Under the pieces are notes generated by a model. That model made no database searches. It saw only the letters and a program-made list of their open reading frames with translations, and had not been told where the DNA came from. Positions 12,171-25,781 of a stretch of DNA of 64,000 nucleotides are shown in pieces. Both the position numbers and the translations under genes were made by a program. How positions within the stretch are numbered: the first letter of the stretch is position 1; the number at the start of each line of letters is the position of its first letter. Where the stretch lies: NCBI GenBank assembly GCA_964234715.1, contig OZ174276.1. One strand, given 5' to 3'. Source of the DNA: Podarcis melisellensis. Its lineage: Eukaryota.

Positions 12171-13905
12171 TGCAGACATGGTTTTCTTTTGTTTGGGTGT
12201 ATACAGTTTTTTTTACTAGTATCATGTACACAGCACCAATCTAGTGAAACCTTGTTATGGTTTTCACTGTTACCAGAGGTACAGATATCCTCCAGTTTAT
12301 ATAGTTCCTCATGGTCCTGGGCTTGTAGAAATCCCTGCCATTGGGAGATGTGTCAGATCTGAAATCTTGGATTGTGCAGACAGGCAGTTTATGCCTTTAA
12401 GTTTAGGCAAACATTTGATCTTTAATTTGATATTTTTTTCTTTCTGCTGTATTTATTGTTTTATAGAACATAGTCTGCGTATACACAGGTTGCAGAAGCA
12501 AGAGGTTGCTTGCAGTGCAGCCTATCTTTCCTTCTCGCCTACACCCACCCAAAAAGCCAGGGTGTCCAGGGACTTTCCTGAATGGCACAATGTGTTCACC
12601 TGAATTTGGACAGTTTCCCATCCAACTGTAGCTCCGCCCCCCATGACAAAGCTCATACTCCTTGGCCACCCACATTTCTTAGTGTTTTATGGTTTTATTG
12701 TACTCTGCTTTGAGAACTGCTTGTTACGCACCAAACCATAGTTAACCTGACCCACAGTGTCCTTATCACAACCCAGCATTTCATTCAGATTTCTTATGAG
12801 GAGAGGAAATTGATGCAAGGACTGCCACCTCCCCTAAAATAAATGGGCAGCCCATCCACAACACAGCTCTTTCTGTAAGCGAGCATGCAAGGAGCCCTAG
12901 GACCAGATACTGGTGTGGACACATTGGAATAATTGTCATTTGTATGGACAGACGCTAAATGACACCCAGCCTAGCTAGTGTGAAAACGAAGCATTCCTGA
13001 AAGGAAAAACTAAGTAACCAGACTTGTGTGGGCTGATCTTGCTTTCTCAGAGGTGAATTAATGGTACTATCATTCTGATTGTGGATTTCCTGGCTGTAGG
13101 AGTATGGTATTGAAAATGTGTTTGCGGGCTAAGTTTTCCTGCGCTCTACTTCATATTAAGTCTTACATGTGCCAGTATCTTTCAAATGAACTTGTTTTAT
13201 GAGAAATTAATATGGTATTTTATTCATCTAAGAGTTCTTTCAAACTGTTTATTCTTTTCTAATCTTGTAAAGCTGTTATAAATATATCCCTGTTTGTAGA
13301 TTCAAACCTATTCACAGTATGTTATGTACTGTACTATTCATTGGGGGGGGCAAGTTTCTCCAATGAGCATCCTTGAAAGGAAGTACATCTGCCTCTTTTA
13401 GTTTAAAAAGTAAACCTGTAATTCAAAATAATAAAGTTCAGGATTAAGCTGCAAGAAATATGAATGATGACAAAATATAAGATGCATGAGTGCAAGGCAA
13501 TGAATGCAGAATTTGAAGTGTGTGTCTATTTTGTGAAGCTTGGCTAGGTAGGTAATACTGTACTTGCTGGTAAAAAAATATTATACTTGTAAAAGGACCC
13601 TGTATTACTGAGAGTTTCTTTCTTTCAAGTATCAGCTTCTTAGTCATTAGCAGGAACTTCATAGCCCCAAGCTTCTTTTAATACCCAAACCAACAAAATC
13701 TGGACCAAATAAGCATTCAAAGCTGCCCTCTGTAGGCCATACTAGAGGCTGCCTAGCAGATCAGCTCCTATTAGCTGACATGAGGTTCCGCAAATAAATG
13801 TAATGATCCCTTGAGCCTTGACCTTTAAAAAGAAAATAATTAAAAGTAGCCACAAAAGGTTGTGAGGAGGAATAGTTTGGGGAAAGGTGCTGGCTTAAAC
13901 CTTTT

Positions 13906-14149
13906 AGAAGAGTTTGGATTTGATATCCCGCCTTTCACTCCCCTTCAGGAGTCTCAAAGCGGCTAATAATCTCCTTTCCCTTCCTCCCCCACAACAAACA
14001 CTCTGTGAGGTGAGTGGGGCTGAGAGACTTCAGGGAAGTGTGACTGGCCCAAGGTCACCCAGCAGCTGCATGTGGAGGAGCGGAGACGCGAACCCGGTTC
14101 CCCAGATTACGGGACTACCGCTCTTAACCACTACACCACACTGGCTCTC
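13906..14149 (-). mobile_element. tRNA-headed squamate SINE with MIR-like core
   Basis: The - strand starts gagagccagtgtggtgtagtggttaagagc (A box), then ggttcgcgtctcc (B box) and gggtgaccttgggccagtcac. Confidence 0.8.
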
Positions 14150-16246
14150 ACCTTCAACACTCCCTCTGCTGTTTTTCTCTGCGGGGTGGGGTGGGGGGGC
14201 AGAACTCTTCCACTCAAGTTCACAACTTCCTACAGCTGCTTTTCATTACAAAACTATCATGAGATTGTTACATGTATCTGCCATGTAATTTCTAGTTTGG
14301 TCTCAATTCCATTTTGTAACATGGTATTGTGATTTGGCTAGATGTCATGGCTGTGATTTCGATGTTTCCAGAAATCTCTTAGGATCAAGAATTCCATTTT
14401 AAGTTCTTGAAATAATTCCATAGCAAGGGTCATTATATTTTTTTTTTACTTGTGTTTCTTGATCAGTAGTGAAATGAACTCTGGTGACTTGGTGATCAGA
14501 TTTAATGCCTCCTTGAAATTAGGACAGGAATTTAATTTAGTGCAGCATTACATTTACATTGTCACAATACTTATAAGATTGCTGCAATTATTAATATACA
14601 TCAGTTACAGGGCTTATAATGAAGTTAATTTTGCAGCAATAACAGATCACCAGTAAAGTGGATGAATGCTGCACACAGTATAATGATAATTTAACTTAAG
14701 ACGATGCTTAAATATATGATGATCTGTAGGACAATTTTCATGTCAAGCAAATAAATAGCTGTTGGTCAATATCTTCTCCTTTGGGTTGATTCCTTTGACA
14801 AGGATGTGCTTAGGGACGCAGGCAGAGTTCCATTTCTTGCAATGAAATTATTACCCAGCACTGATTCTAGTTTAGAATTGTTGGAGTACTGAAAGGCAGA
14901 AAAAATCTCTGGGGTGGGGGGGCTGTATCAGGTCCTGTATCAATCTAGCAACTGACGTTCTTCCCAGCATAAGTATGCATCAGGGCAACTAAGGCTGCTT
15001 CTGTGTAAAAAAAAAAAAAAAAACTTACTAGGTATGAAGCTAGTTTAGAAATGAATCCAACCAGGCTCTTCCAAGATTAACCGCCACCACTCATTTGGAC
15101 ATCATGCCTGGGAATGTTAGCATTAACTACATTCTTTGGGTATATGAAGATGCTTCACTTGTGTTATTTCACAAGACATTTGAAAAAGCATGTTAAACAT
15201 CTCGGTCAGAGAGTTTAAAACCCCCCTGATATTTTACCTTCCCATGCTATTTTGCCCTTTTACAATCTTTAGTTGTGTTAAGTGGGAGAGCTGTTAACAT
15301 ACCCAGGCAACCCCTCATTTCCGCATGTTTAATATGTGTGCAACTGTGTTCGGCATCGCACCAACCTGGAAGTGACCTGGAAACATCATAAAGATGTAAC
15401 TGAAACATCACTATAAGGGTGGGGTGGAGGTGGAATGGGGCAGAGTGGAGCGGGGTAGCGTGTTTGCAGAGAACGTGATGCAGTAAATATTTCTAGAGCC
15501 TACCAGTGCTGTGTTTACGATTAATTGGTATCAAGTAAATCACTTCAAATTTAATCTCTTTGAAATCATACTAATAGTATGGTAAGAGCTGAATAAAAAT
15601 GAGAGGCTTAAAATTGTGGGCAAGACTTACCTGAATGATCTTTTCGTACTAATTAGTTGATATTTATTTAGGTGCTAAAGATTATTTCAAGGCATGCCAG
15701 AACTGTCATCTTGACAGATGTACATTTATTGAAACTCTTTCCCTTTCATCTATTTGCCACACCCCTTCATTCCCAATTTCATTTGTTTCCACAAAATGTA
15801 TGTTGTCTCGAGCAGCTTAAATGGTGGTTGATCTTTGCAAGGCTTGCAAAATTATGTCTTGCTGGTGGAAGGGAGATAATGCAATGGTAATCAGTGTTGT
15901 ATTCAGGAAAGAGACATATTGGTCTTTTTATGCCAGGAGGTGTCTTGAGAAATTAGAATTCAGCTATTTATTAGATGGTGCCAACCAATTTACTTTGGAT
16001 TGCTGATACAGAAAATTCAAAAATTTAGTTGGATGTTACAGTGTAGGATAATCTTAAGATAGAAGCATGTGTATATTCTCATGAAGTGATGATTTAAAGG
16101 GGGGCTGTAGTTCAGCAGTGGTTTGCATGCAAAAGCTGCTAGATTCAACATTAGGAAGCCACCTTATACTGTTACAGACCATAATTCTATCTACCGTAGT
16201 TCAGTATTGCCTACACAGACTCAGAGATTCTTCAAGGTTTCAGATA

Positions 16247-16489
16247 CAGAGGTACCTCGGGTTACAGACGCTTCAGGTTACAGATGCTTCAGGTTACAGA
16301 CTCTGCTAACCCAGAAATAGTACCTCAGATTTAAGAACTTTGCTTCAGGATGAGAACAGAAATCGTGCGGTGGTGGCATGGTGGCAGTGGGAGGCCCCAT
16401 TAGCTAAAGTGGTACCTCAGGTTAAGAACAGTTTCAGGTTAAGAACGGACCTCCAGAACAAATTAATTTCTTAACCCGAGGTACCACTG
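16247..16489. mobile_element. Tigger/pogo-like MITE
   Basis: TA|cagaggtacctcgggtt ... aacccgaggtaccactg|TA. Same family as 2735-2950. Confidence 0.85.
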
Positions 16490-19238
16490 TAGAAGCCTGG
16501 AGACTCCAGAAATTGGAGAAGAGCTATGACTGTGGTGCAGGGCATGTTTTCAGTGTAAGAGTTCCCAGCTTCAGTCACCAGCATCTGTAGTATGGGAAAG
16601 TGGAGGGTGAGAGGGAGCACTTGGAAAGCCCCCTGTTTAAAATCCCAGTGAATGTGAATGAGTCTTCTTCAACCTCATCTCTTCCCATTGTTGAGCTGCA
16701 ACTTCCATCACCCCTGATCATCGCTGTGCTGCTGGCAGTTGGTCCAACAACTGCCAAGGACACCAGATTGGGGAAGACTGTGTAAACAATGCTGAGCTAG
16801 ATGAATGTATTTTTTGACTCTGTATAAAGTAGTTTTCTATTGCTGCTGGTTATGAGTCTCATGCTCACACAAATGAACAAACAACTTGTGTCGTATTTGA
16901 TGCAGGAATGCCTTATAAGGAATGCCTTATAAAGAAGAAAGAAAGTAAGCTGTGGTGCTTAGCCTAAAAATCTATAGTCTCTTGCTTATAACAAAGATTT
17001 TTAGGTATCTGGTGGAAAGAGGATTTGGGGAACAATTAGCTTTCTGAAATGTGATGCTTTCTGTCTACCAGCCTGACTTTCTTAGCAGCTGGAATCCAGG
17101 CATTCCAAAATTCCATTTTGCAACATCTAGCATGCTTTGGCTTCAGCTACTGTTCATTCTAGATAGCTCACCATGAGGTTTTAGCAGATCCTATTTGCTA
17201 CTCCATGCATACAGTATGGTTTATTGTCTTAGCTAGCTAGTAATCTTTGACATTTGGGCAGTTGATTCTGCTTTACAGAGCAGGTGAAAGTTTTTGATAA
17301 AATTAAATTTGGCCAAGGTGTTGATTCTTAAGTATCAGCAGCTACAAGCCAAACTTCGGAAGAGTTGGCCAGCACTGGCATTTCCACTTAACTGAGACAC
17401 TGGATCATCAAATATGCACAAGCAGATGGTTAGCCTCATGTTAATTACAGAACACATTTGAGCCAAATTCAGACAGATATTCGTGTTGATTTGCATACTG
17501 CAGACTTAAGATTCCATTTTCCAATGGAAAAGCCCTTGAATGAATGACTTATGCAGCCTACTGGATATTTCTGATAAGGCCATCAGTTCAGAACCAATTA
17601 ACACTTGGAATAACTTCCTATCACAGGGTTCTAGGCAGCATTCTATATTTTTTTGAGATAAGCAGAGGAGTACAACATGTGACTTTGCAATTGCTGTAGG
17701 TAGGTATGTGTAATGTAAATTAACAATTGGTTCTGTTAAACTTTTATTTCTCTGGACAAAAGTATCGTATACAAAAAAGCACATTTACTTAAACTTTACT
17801 TCCAGCTGCCCTTATTTATGATCCTGCAAATGTTCCCTATATAAGCAATCTTATCTATAGGTGAGTGTTCTTGGAGCAGTCTTTGCTATCAAAGGAAGCT
17901 GTGGCCTGGAGGTTCTTACTTTTTATCTCTCTAAGTGCCTAAATCAGTTGTTCCAAATTGCCGATTTACTTAAAGGATGAGTCCTGGGCTATGTGTCCTG
18001 CTCTCATTTGACTAGAGAGAGGCTGTTTGGGTGACCTTAATTTTCTGAGGGTCCATTGTGGGTTATGTTCCTGATTTTCAAAGCTGGAGAAACAGTTATT
18101 GAACTGAGGCAACAGAGAGTTTTTTTAGCCCGTGAGTGACTAATTTAGCAACTAAGGGAAAATAAAAGAATAAAAAAATGTGGTGCTGTTCTATAAATGG
18201 AATTCTTACATACATTTAAAAATAGAGCTTCTTTGGGTTGCTTTTGAGGAAGTAGCATAATTGCAGAATAGTGTGCCTCTCCTACTTGGTTAAGTTTCTG
18301 ACGTATTAATGTAGTATCAGAAAGAAGTTGTATAGCTGTTCAGGAAAAAGGTCCTGCCATGATTAAGACAATATGCAGCGCTTTAAAACCATATGAACCC
18401 CAGAGGAATTGCTGCTGGTTGGATTGTACCCGCCACTTCTACTTGCTTGACGCATTGAGTAAATATATGTTGAAATTGGGCTAGCTAGTTCAATTTGAGG
18501 TTATCCACAGTAAAACCTAGGAACTGATTACGTTCTCTGAAGTGAAAATGTTAGGATGAATGGGGTAGAAACAATGTACTTATTTCCTTAGGATCCTGAC
18601 TCTGAGTGATCCTGATTGTATTTTGGTGATAACAGGGGCATGGTCTGAGATATTAAGAAGACAGATCTCCAAGTTGTGAACCTAAGAGATAAGATTTTCT
18701 GTGATTAATAAATAATCCATTCTGGAGTAATTTTTTGACTTTGCATGCCCTCAATCCAAGACTCATTATGTGAACAGCCCTCTCTCTCATGCAAGGAAGC
18801 CTTTGGGACACATGTCTGATAACTACTTAGTATGTGGCTTAACTACTTGGTTTGTGGGAGGAAAGTCTATTTTTGAGCCTGTGCTCATGTAGTAAAATGG
18901 ATATGCGGGCATTCTTTACACATGATGGTGTATATTTGTACAATATTTGTGTACTCCTTTTCTTATGTAATATTTCTCAAAGCAGTTCCCAATAATAGAA
19001 TTGGATTTATAGACAGGTCGTACTGCCTTGTCAATTCCGAATTGCAGGTGCTGTCAATGGGATCATGTGATTCCTTGTTCTGCCTCTCTCGAAGGTTGTG
19101 GCGACAAAGGGAGGTCCTAGTAGCAGATGTTTTTCAGAGTCCTAGACTGATACTTTTTGAGAGAGGAGACCACACACAAGTGCATGCCTTGTAGTGTTCA
19201 CCTCACCGTTCAATGTCTTTTGTGGCAGACCCTTTCTT

Positions 19239-19911
19239 TTTTATAAAAGTATTTTTATTAAAGATTCCTTGGTTTACAAAAGTGTGTGCAATGTCTCTTT
19301 TTTCAAGTTACATTTTCTACAGATCAGTTTCATTTGTTGAGACATTAGTATTATATTAGGAAGGAAACGGGGAAAGAGGTGGAGGGGGAATGGTGAATGG
19401 GGGTGGAGTCGGGTGGCAATGTTTCTGTTTTACTTAATGGGGGGTTGTGTCAGTGTCACTTGTGCAGGTTCTCTTTGCTATTTGCTTGTGTTCCTTTGGT
19501 GGTGAGAGAGGTTGGGGTTGGCCTTAGGCTTGGGTGTGGCTGTTCGTTTGTGATTGGCTGTGGTGAACTTTGTTTTCATGTGTGAGTGGGGTGGGTGGGT
19601 GTTTTGGATCAGGTTAGCCAAATTGATTCATATGCTGTTGGTGGATTCTTGTCGTTGTCTTGCTGGGCTGTGTATGTGATAAAGGGGAGCCATACCGGGG
19701 TGAAGGCGTCTTCTTCTATTTCTCCCCGTGTCAGTTTCAGCGTATTGGTAAATTTTTCTAGTAAGGCTGTTTCCCATGCTATTTGGTACCATTGGTCCAT
19801 GCTTACTCCTGACAGGTCTCTCCAGTGTCTGGTTATGATGTTTGTGGCTGCTGAGAGTAGGTAGGTTATGAGTTCTTTGTGATGTGTGGGGATTATTGTC
19901 TTGGAAGAGGG
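19239..19911 (-). mobile_element. L1/Tx1-clade LINE 3' fragment (ORF2 C-terminus and 3' UTR)
   Basis: Peptide LLSAATNIITRHWRD...WYQIAWETALLEK...FTPVWLPFITY resembles non-mammalian L1 ORF2 ends. AATAAA and A-tail on the - strand. Imperfect TSD agacc(c/a)tttctt. Confidence 0.75.
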
Positions 19912-20473
19912 AGACCATTTCTTCATACCCTACTTGAAACTTAACTTCTGGGCAACAATACAGGATTTATTCAAGTTTCTGAGCCCTGTTGGCTGGCTGA
20001 CTGTTTTTATAAAAAAAAATTGTTTGTATTATTTGGAAGAAGTTGCTAATGAAAGAATTCTGTGTTTGCAAAAAGACTGGCATGTAGCTCAGTATAATGT
20101 GTGGCATAGTGCGTCCTAGCAGCTATTGCACCATAAACTTAAATACGCTTACCCATTGAATGCCCAGGGATATGCTGTATGCTTTTATCGGCATAGAGTT
20201 GATACCTTTAGGGGTCATGCTAAAATAAAATTATTTATCGTCAATAGTGAATGTTTAATAATGTAATTTTTGGTACAGACCCAAACATTCAAGAAGAAAT
20301 CTGCTGCCTTGTTCTCAGCAGATTTCTCCAGCTGCAGCTGAAGTACTATTGGTTTTGACAGTAATCTTTTAGTGCTAGTAATCACACACTCCACACTAAC
20401 AGTTTTTATAGTAATAGCCAATGCTTGAGAATCCAAAAGTAATAATTCAACTGAAATAGTGTGAAATGGATTA

Positions 20474-20966
20474 CCATATTTTTCGCCCCATAGGATGCAC
20501 CGGCCCATAGGACGCACCAAGTTTTTTTGGGGGGAAATAAAGAAAAAAAATTATTTTCCCCCCCCAGGCGCTTGTGGGGCCGGCAGCAGGGAGAAGCGCC
20601 CTTCTCCCCACCGCCCGCCTTCAGACCAGGTCCGGGGACAGCGGGAAGATGCACTGCACCTTCCCGCTGTCCCCGGACCTTGCGGGGCTGGCGGTGGGGA
20701 GAAGCACGTGTCTCCCCGCCGTCAGCCTCCAAACCACCTCGGGAGACAGCGGGATGGTGGCGTTCCGCCTCCCCACTGTCCCCCGACCTTGTGGGGCTGG
20801 CGCTGGGGCTCTCCTGAAGCCTGGAGAGCAAGAGGGGTCAGTGCGCACCGATCCCTCTCGCTCTCCAGGCTTCAGTGAAAGCCTGCATTCACCCCATAGG
20901 ACGCACACACATTTCCCCTTCATTTTTGGAGGGGAAAAAGTGCATCCTATAGGGCGAAAAATACGG
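20474..20966. mobile_element. Tc1/mariner-superfamily MITE with GC-rich interior
   Basis: TA|ccatatttttcgccccataggatgcac ... gtgcatcctatagggcgaaaaatacgg|TA. Confidence 0.85.
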
Positions 20967-21399
20967 TAGATGCTTTCAATTCTTTCATGTGAATAATTTC
21001 AGGCTTTCATTCAGCAGTGAAGGAATGTCTGCTTAAGGGGTTTGAGGGTTTCTGTTTGTGTGTTCCTTTGTTTTGTAACTGACCCAGTATTTTCTTAGGA
21101 GAGTTCAAGTACATTTACCTATACAAGCACATGTGTATGCACGTGCTCGCATAACAATTGGATAGGACTGTATCTAAAAATACTGTCATCTTATTTAATA
21201 TTTAACCAGTTTTCTAAACATGCAGGCAGCCCTTTTCCCAATAGGATAGAAAATGAAACTGAACTGATTGTGGTGGCTACATTTTTAGTGTTTTCTTCTG
21301 TAATCCAAGTTTTAAAGAAATGGCTTTGGTTACATTTATCTCAGTGCCTTAGATAAATCAGCAGCTTCTATATTTCAGTTTTTTATGGTAAGTTGTTTT

Positions 21400-21630
21400 G
21401 GAAGTTGAATGGAATCCGTTCCGGAAGTCCGTTTGACTTCCAAAACATTCAGAAACCAAAGCGTGGCTTCTGACTAGCTGCAGGAAACTCCTGCAGCCAA
21501 TCGGAGGTTGCGGAAGCCCTGTCGGACGTTCGGGTTCCAAAGAATGTTCGCAAACTGGAACACTCACTTCTGGGTTTGCAGCATTTGGGAACCCCAAGTA
21601 CCAAGGCATTTGGGATCCAAGGTATGACTG
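21400..21630. mobile_element. Truncated Tigger-like MITE
   Basis: Right terminus ccaaggtatgactg|TA, CpG-rich interior, left end missing. Confidence 0.6.
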
Positions 21631-22269
21631 TATAGCCAGGAAGGTGGCATACATAAAGTGTGCTGTGCAGCAGGGGAATAACAGAGTTCTGACAAGGGTG
21701 ATTATACTTAAGGGTTTGCTTCCCCACACAGTCATTTAGCAGGGGCGAAACTAAACTTTATTTCGCCTGGGTCAAAGACCCAGTTTGGCACCCCATGCGC
21801 ATTTGCGCGTGTACACGCACAGGTTGGGAGCCTCGATGGTGCCTCTCTGGAGGCTTCACCTGGGGCAAAAAAACCTGGCTAGCCACCCCCACCCCCCTAG
21901 CTACAGCTCTGTCTTAAATTGGGTCCAATTGGCACACTTTCTTGTTCTCCATCAACTCCCATTTTCTCCTTGTGGCCTCTCCTTTTGAGTTATAGCAGAT
22001 CCATCCAATACCAGCGTGGTGTGTTCAGGTCCAATGCCACTGTGATAACAGCAAGAGGAGTGTTAAAATTTCTATAGAAACACCAAAGTTCAAAAAGCTT
22101 GTGTTCTGCTTCACCCGCCCCCTCTACTCACACACATGCATCTTTGGATTCAAGCCATAGTGAGTTCAGGCTGCAGGAGAGGGGCTTTTTGCTGGTGGCA
22201 TCCAAGCTTTGGAACACCCTCCTGAAGTAAGACTGGTGCTAACACAATCCTCATCCCAGGGAGACTATT

Positions 22270-22815
22270 AAACTCCTGAATCCCTGCGTTGAGGCTGTTT
22301 TGAACAACTGAGGGGGAGCAAGATGAACCTTAATTCGGATAAGACAGAGGTCCTGTGGAAGGAAAAGCATACGCTTTTGTATGGAGGTTTGAAACTGATT
22401 CTAGAAGGGGTTGCACTTCATCTGAATGATCAAGTTCACATTTTGTGAATACTTCTAGAATCCATGCTAAATGGGGATGATGAGGTGGCAGCTGTGGCCA
22501 GGGGTGCTTTTTCCAGTTTGGGCTTGTTTGTTAGCTGAAACTCTACTTGGAGAGAATGGATGTTGCCTCAGTTATCTATGCACAAGTGAGTATCAAGGAT
22601 GGACAGCTGCAATGTACATGAGGCTGCTTTTAAAAGTGGTTAAGAACCTTCATCTGGAACAAATAAATGTTGGTTGGGGCTGGGTGGTTAAAGCGCTTTA
22701 CACCTACATTATACCAGCTGCACTGTCCCAATGTGTTTCTGAACCCAAATTAAAGTGCTGGTGGTAATCTTAAAATCCCTAATCAGTTTGGGACTGGGTT
22801 ACCTACAGGACTGCA
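22270..22815 (+). mobile_element. Degenerate L2 LINE RT remnant just upstream of UNK exon 2
   Basis: Encodes NLNSDKTEVL (L2 LKLNPDKTEVL-like motif) followed by decayed ORF2-like sequence. Confidence 0.55.
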
Positions 22816-22878
22816 TGGGATGGAACCTCTGAATCTACCTTGTGGGCTCTGCTCAGGCCAGTTTCTTTCTTTTTACAG

Positions 22879-23088
22879 ATACCTGAAGGAATTCCGCACA
22901 GAGCAGTGCCCACTCTTTGTGCAGCACAAGTGTACTCAGCATAGGCCCTATACATGCTTCCACTGGCACTTTGTCAACCAGCGTCGCCGCCGGTCGATCC
23001 GCCGTCGGGATGGCACCTTTAACTACAGTCCTGACATTTACTGCACCAAATACGATGAGACCACAGGGATCTGTCCAGAAGGAGATGA
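22879..23088 (+). CDS. UNK: UNK coding exon 2 (YLKEFRTEQCPLFVQHKC...GICPEGDE; CCCH zinc-finger region)
   Basis: Acceptor ttttacag|, 210 nt, donor GA|gtaagt. Near-identical to Unkempt as recalled. Confidence 0.97.
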
Positions 23089-23525
23089 GTAAGTTACTCA
23101 AGGCTGCATCTAACTTGACCAGATGGAGGTTCCAGCCTGCACTTTCAGAGAGGAGAGAATTCAGCAAACCAGCTTTTTAAAAATCATGCAGAAGAACCCA
23201 TGAAGAAATGTGGAAACGCTGCAGTAGAAACTTGAACAAAAAATTAATTAGGATTGCACCACACCTATATATCCCCCCCAAAATTGAAGGCTGTAATTCA
23301 AATGTTTTTTTGCTCTGGAATAATTCTAGAGAAATTGGTGAGGTTTATTTTAAAATTAACGGCCTGAGGATCGTTTCCTCGTTTTATATCCTTATTTTAC
23401 AAAGGATACAAATGGGGAAAAAGTGCTGGATTTGACAACCGTGAGGACTAAAAAGAATTTCTTGTTGGGCAGCATGTTTCAGCCTTTGAGTTTCTACGAG
23501 CTCTCTTTTCCCTCCTCCCCTGTAG

Positions 23526-23702
23526 GTGTCCATTCCTGCATAGAACTACTGGTGACACAGAACGTAGATATCACCTGCGCTACTACAAAACTGGAATCTG
23601 CATCCATGAGACTGACTCGAAAGGAAACTGCACCAAGAACGGTCTCCACTGTGCTTTCGCTCATGGGCCCCATGACCTCCGCTCTCCAGTTTATGATATC
23701 AG
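23526..23702 (+). CDS. UNK: UNK coding exon 3 (CPFLHRTTGDTERRYHLRYYKTGICIHE...SPVYDIR)
   Basis: Acceptor cctgtag|, 177 nt, donor AG|gttagt, frame continuous. Confidence 0.96.
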
Positions 23703-25192
23703 GTTAGTAGACGATGAAGTTCCTTGTCTGCAGAAGTATTCTTGCTAAGCCAAAATGGAACAGATCAGAGTACAAAATGCCGCTGAATGTGTAGTGTTTA
23801 GCATCAGAAGTATGATGGTGTTCTGTTTTCTCTCTTCCTCCACCCCTGCCCCGCACCCCGCACAAAATAATGTGTTATATACAATCCTTTAAGGCCGTTT
23901 CCTGTGACTTTTTATGCATCACAAGGTGACTTGGGCAAGTATCTTGGTGCCAGGAGCCCCATTATTATGAATGGGTTTAATATAAGCCAGACTATTACTA
24001 AGCCTCAACCATTGCACTCACTAGACATAAGATAGCAAGGTGGCTAGGAAGAGGTTAAATCTGCCCCCTCCAACTATACCCCCCCCCGGCATATCTCCAC
24101 CACCAGATGACTGTCAAAAATCACCTATCAGTTTAAAGAAAGGGATGGTATGACTTTAATTTCTTAGAACAAGATTTTTATAGACACAAGCAGCCTAAGT
24201 GTTTGTAAGATTGGGTGAAACTGGACATTGGCAGCAAACACTGGTCTAGGAATTCTGGTCACCCCCATACATCTGTGAAACAGAGGGAGAGGACATGATT
24301 TGCAGGGAAGATGCTTATGGTATGGGAATATGCTCTGAGAAAAAACCCTTTTTTTTCTATCCACATTTCACCATAGTCTACAACCACCTTATCTGTTTTG
24401 TCCCACAATGCAGCAGATGCATATCTGAGTCCCATGACTAGAGAGGGAGTTGCAGTGGGAAAGTGGCAGCAGGGGAAGGATTAATTACCCTTCCCCTGCC
24501 TGCTGCTTCTTCCCTGCAGATCACACCCTCCCCCAGCTGATGTGTAGTTGTGTGTTACTGACTGGGGTTCCCAGCCCTGAGTCTGCAACCAAGTGTCTCT
24601 TTCAGCCCTTAGAGGTAAATATCATTTCATTAAGTATATGGGAGAGCATGTTTGAAGAGATGTTAACATTAGACCTAAGGTATTCTTTCCAATAGTTCTG
24701 TAAGATGAAAATACTTAAGTTTAGGAAATAGACATTGTATTTGTTCTATTTATGTTATGGCTATCGAAAGGGAATATGTGAAACATGCTAGGAGTTTACT
24801 TGAGTTTTGTTTTGGGAGGTGGGGAGGATGAATTATGCTATATTAACTTGCTGGAGGCACACCAGTTGAGATTCAACCAGGATCTTATTTTACCTTCTTC
24901 ATGAAGCACCATGCCCCTGCGTGCAAATAAGTGTGTGTGTTGTATAGGGGATTAATAGAACAACAGTGGAAAATGGGGTGCAATATGTCTTGTAGGAGTT
25001 TTCTCCAAAATAGCAGGAGGACAGAGTGCTCATACAAATCCTGAATCTCTAAAAGTGGGCTTAGCAAAAAAAGAAATAAAGAATAAATGTATGGGAATTC
25101 CTGCATTGTGGCAACTCCTATCTGGTAGACACACATCTCTTTCTCTGAATCTTCTCTGCCTGCCTATTGTTCATTTAACTCTGTTCCCTAAG

Positions 25193-25323
25193 GGAGCTTC
25201 AGGCCATGGAAGCTTTGCAGAATGGTCAGACTACATCAGAGGGTGGCATAGAGGGTCAGTCTGCAGTTGCCGCTAGCCATGCTATGATAGAGAAAATACT
25301 CAGTGAAGAGCCAAGGTGGCAAG
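25193..25323 (+). CDS. UNK: UNK coding exon 4 (ELQAMEALQNGQ...ILSEEPRWQ)
   Basis: Acceptor ccctaag|, 131 nt, donor G|gtgagt. Confidence 0.95.
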
Positions 25324-25455
25324 GTGAGTTCCTTAGGGTCTTACATAGGGCTGTCCATTGTTCTTGGACTGCCCGCTCCTCCTATCACAAGGTTCTTCAT
25401 GTAGGAAGCAATATGCTTGTCACCGTCAATTAACCAGCCACACCTGTCTTCACAG

Positions 25456-25591
25456 ACACAACATATGTTTTGGGAAACTACAAAACAGAACAATGTAAGA
25501 AGCCCCCACGTCTCTGTCGCCAGGGTTATGCCTGCCCTTACTACCATAATAGCAAAGATAGAAGAAGGAGCCCCAGGAAACACAAATACAG
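25456..25591 (+). CDS. UNK: UNK coding exon 5 (TTYVLGNYKTEQCKKPPRLCRQGYACPYYHNSKDRRRSPRKHKYR)
   Basis: Acceptor tcacag|, 136 nt, donor AG|gtacag. Confidence 0.96.
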
Positions 25592-25781
25592 GTACAGTGC
25601 CTCAAGATCTGGTGTTTTGGAAGGGACCAGTAGTTTTGAGTTTTCTTCAAACCTATTGAACCCATTTATGTGATTACTTCCTTTGTTAAGACATGGATTG
25701 TAGTAAAACAAATGGTTCTGTTTATTACAAGTGGGTCCCAATCAAATACTACTGTGTGTTCTAGGTTGCAGTTCTCAAGTC

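Noticed and set aside
14100-14149. tRNA-like A/B-box sequence
   Set aside because: It is a SINE head with no full cloverleaf, so not a tRNA gene.
20406-20969. Cluster of 96-141 aa ORFs on both strands
   Set aside because: They lie in the GC-rich interior of a non-autonomous MITE and show no transposase motifs.
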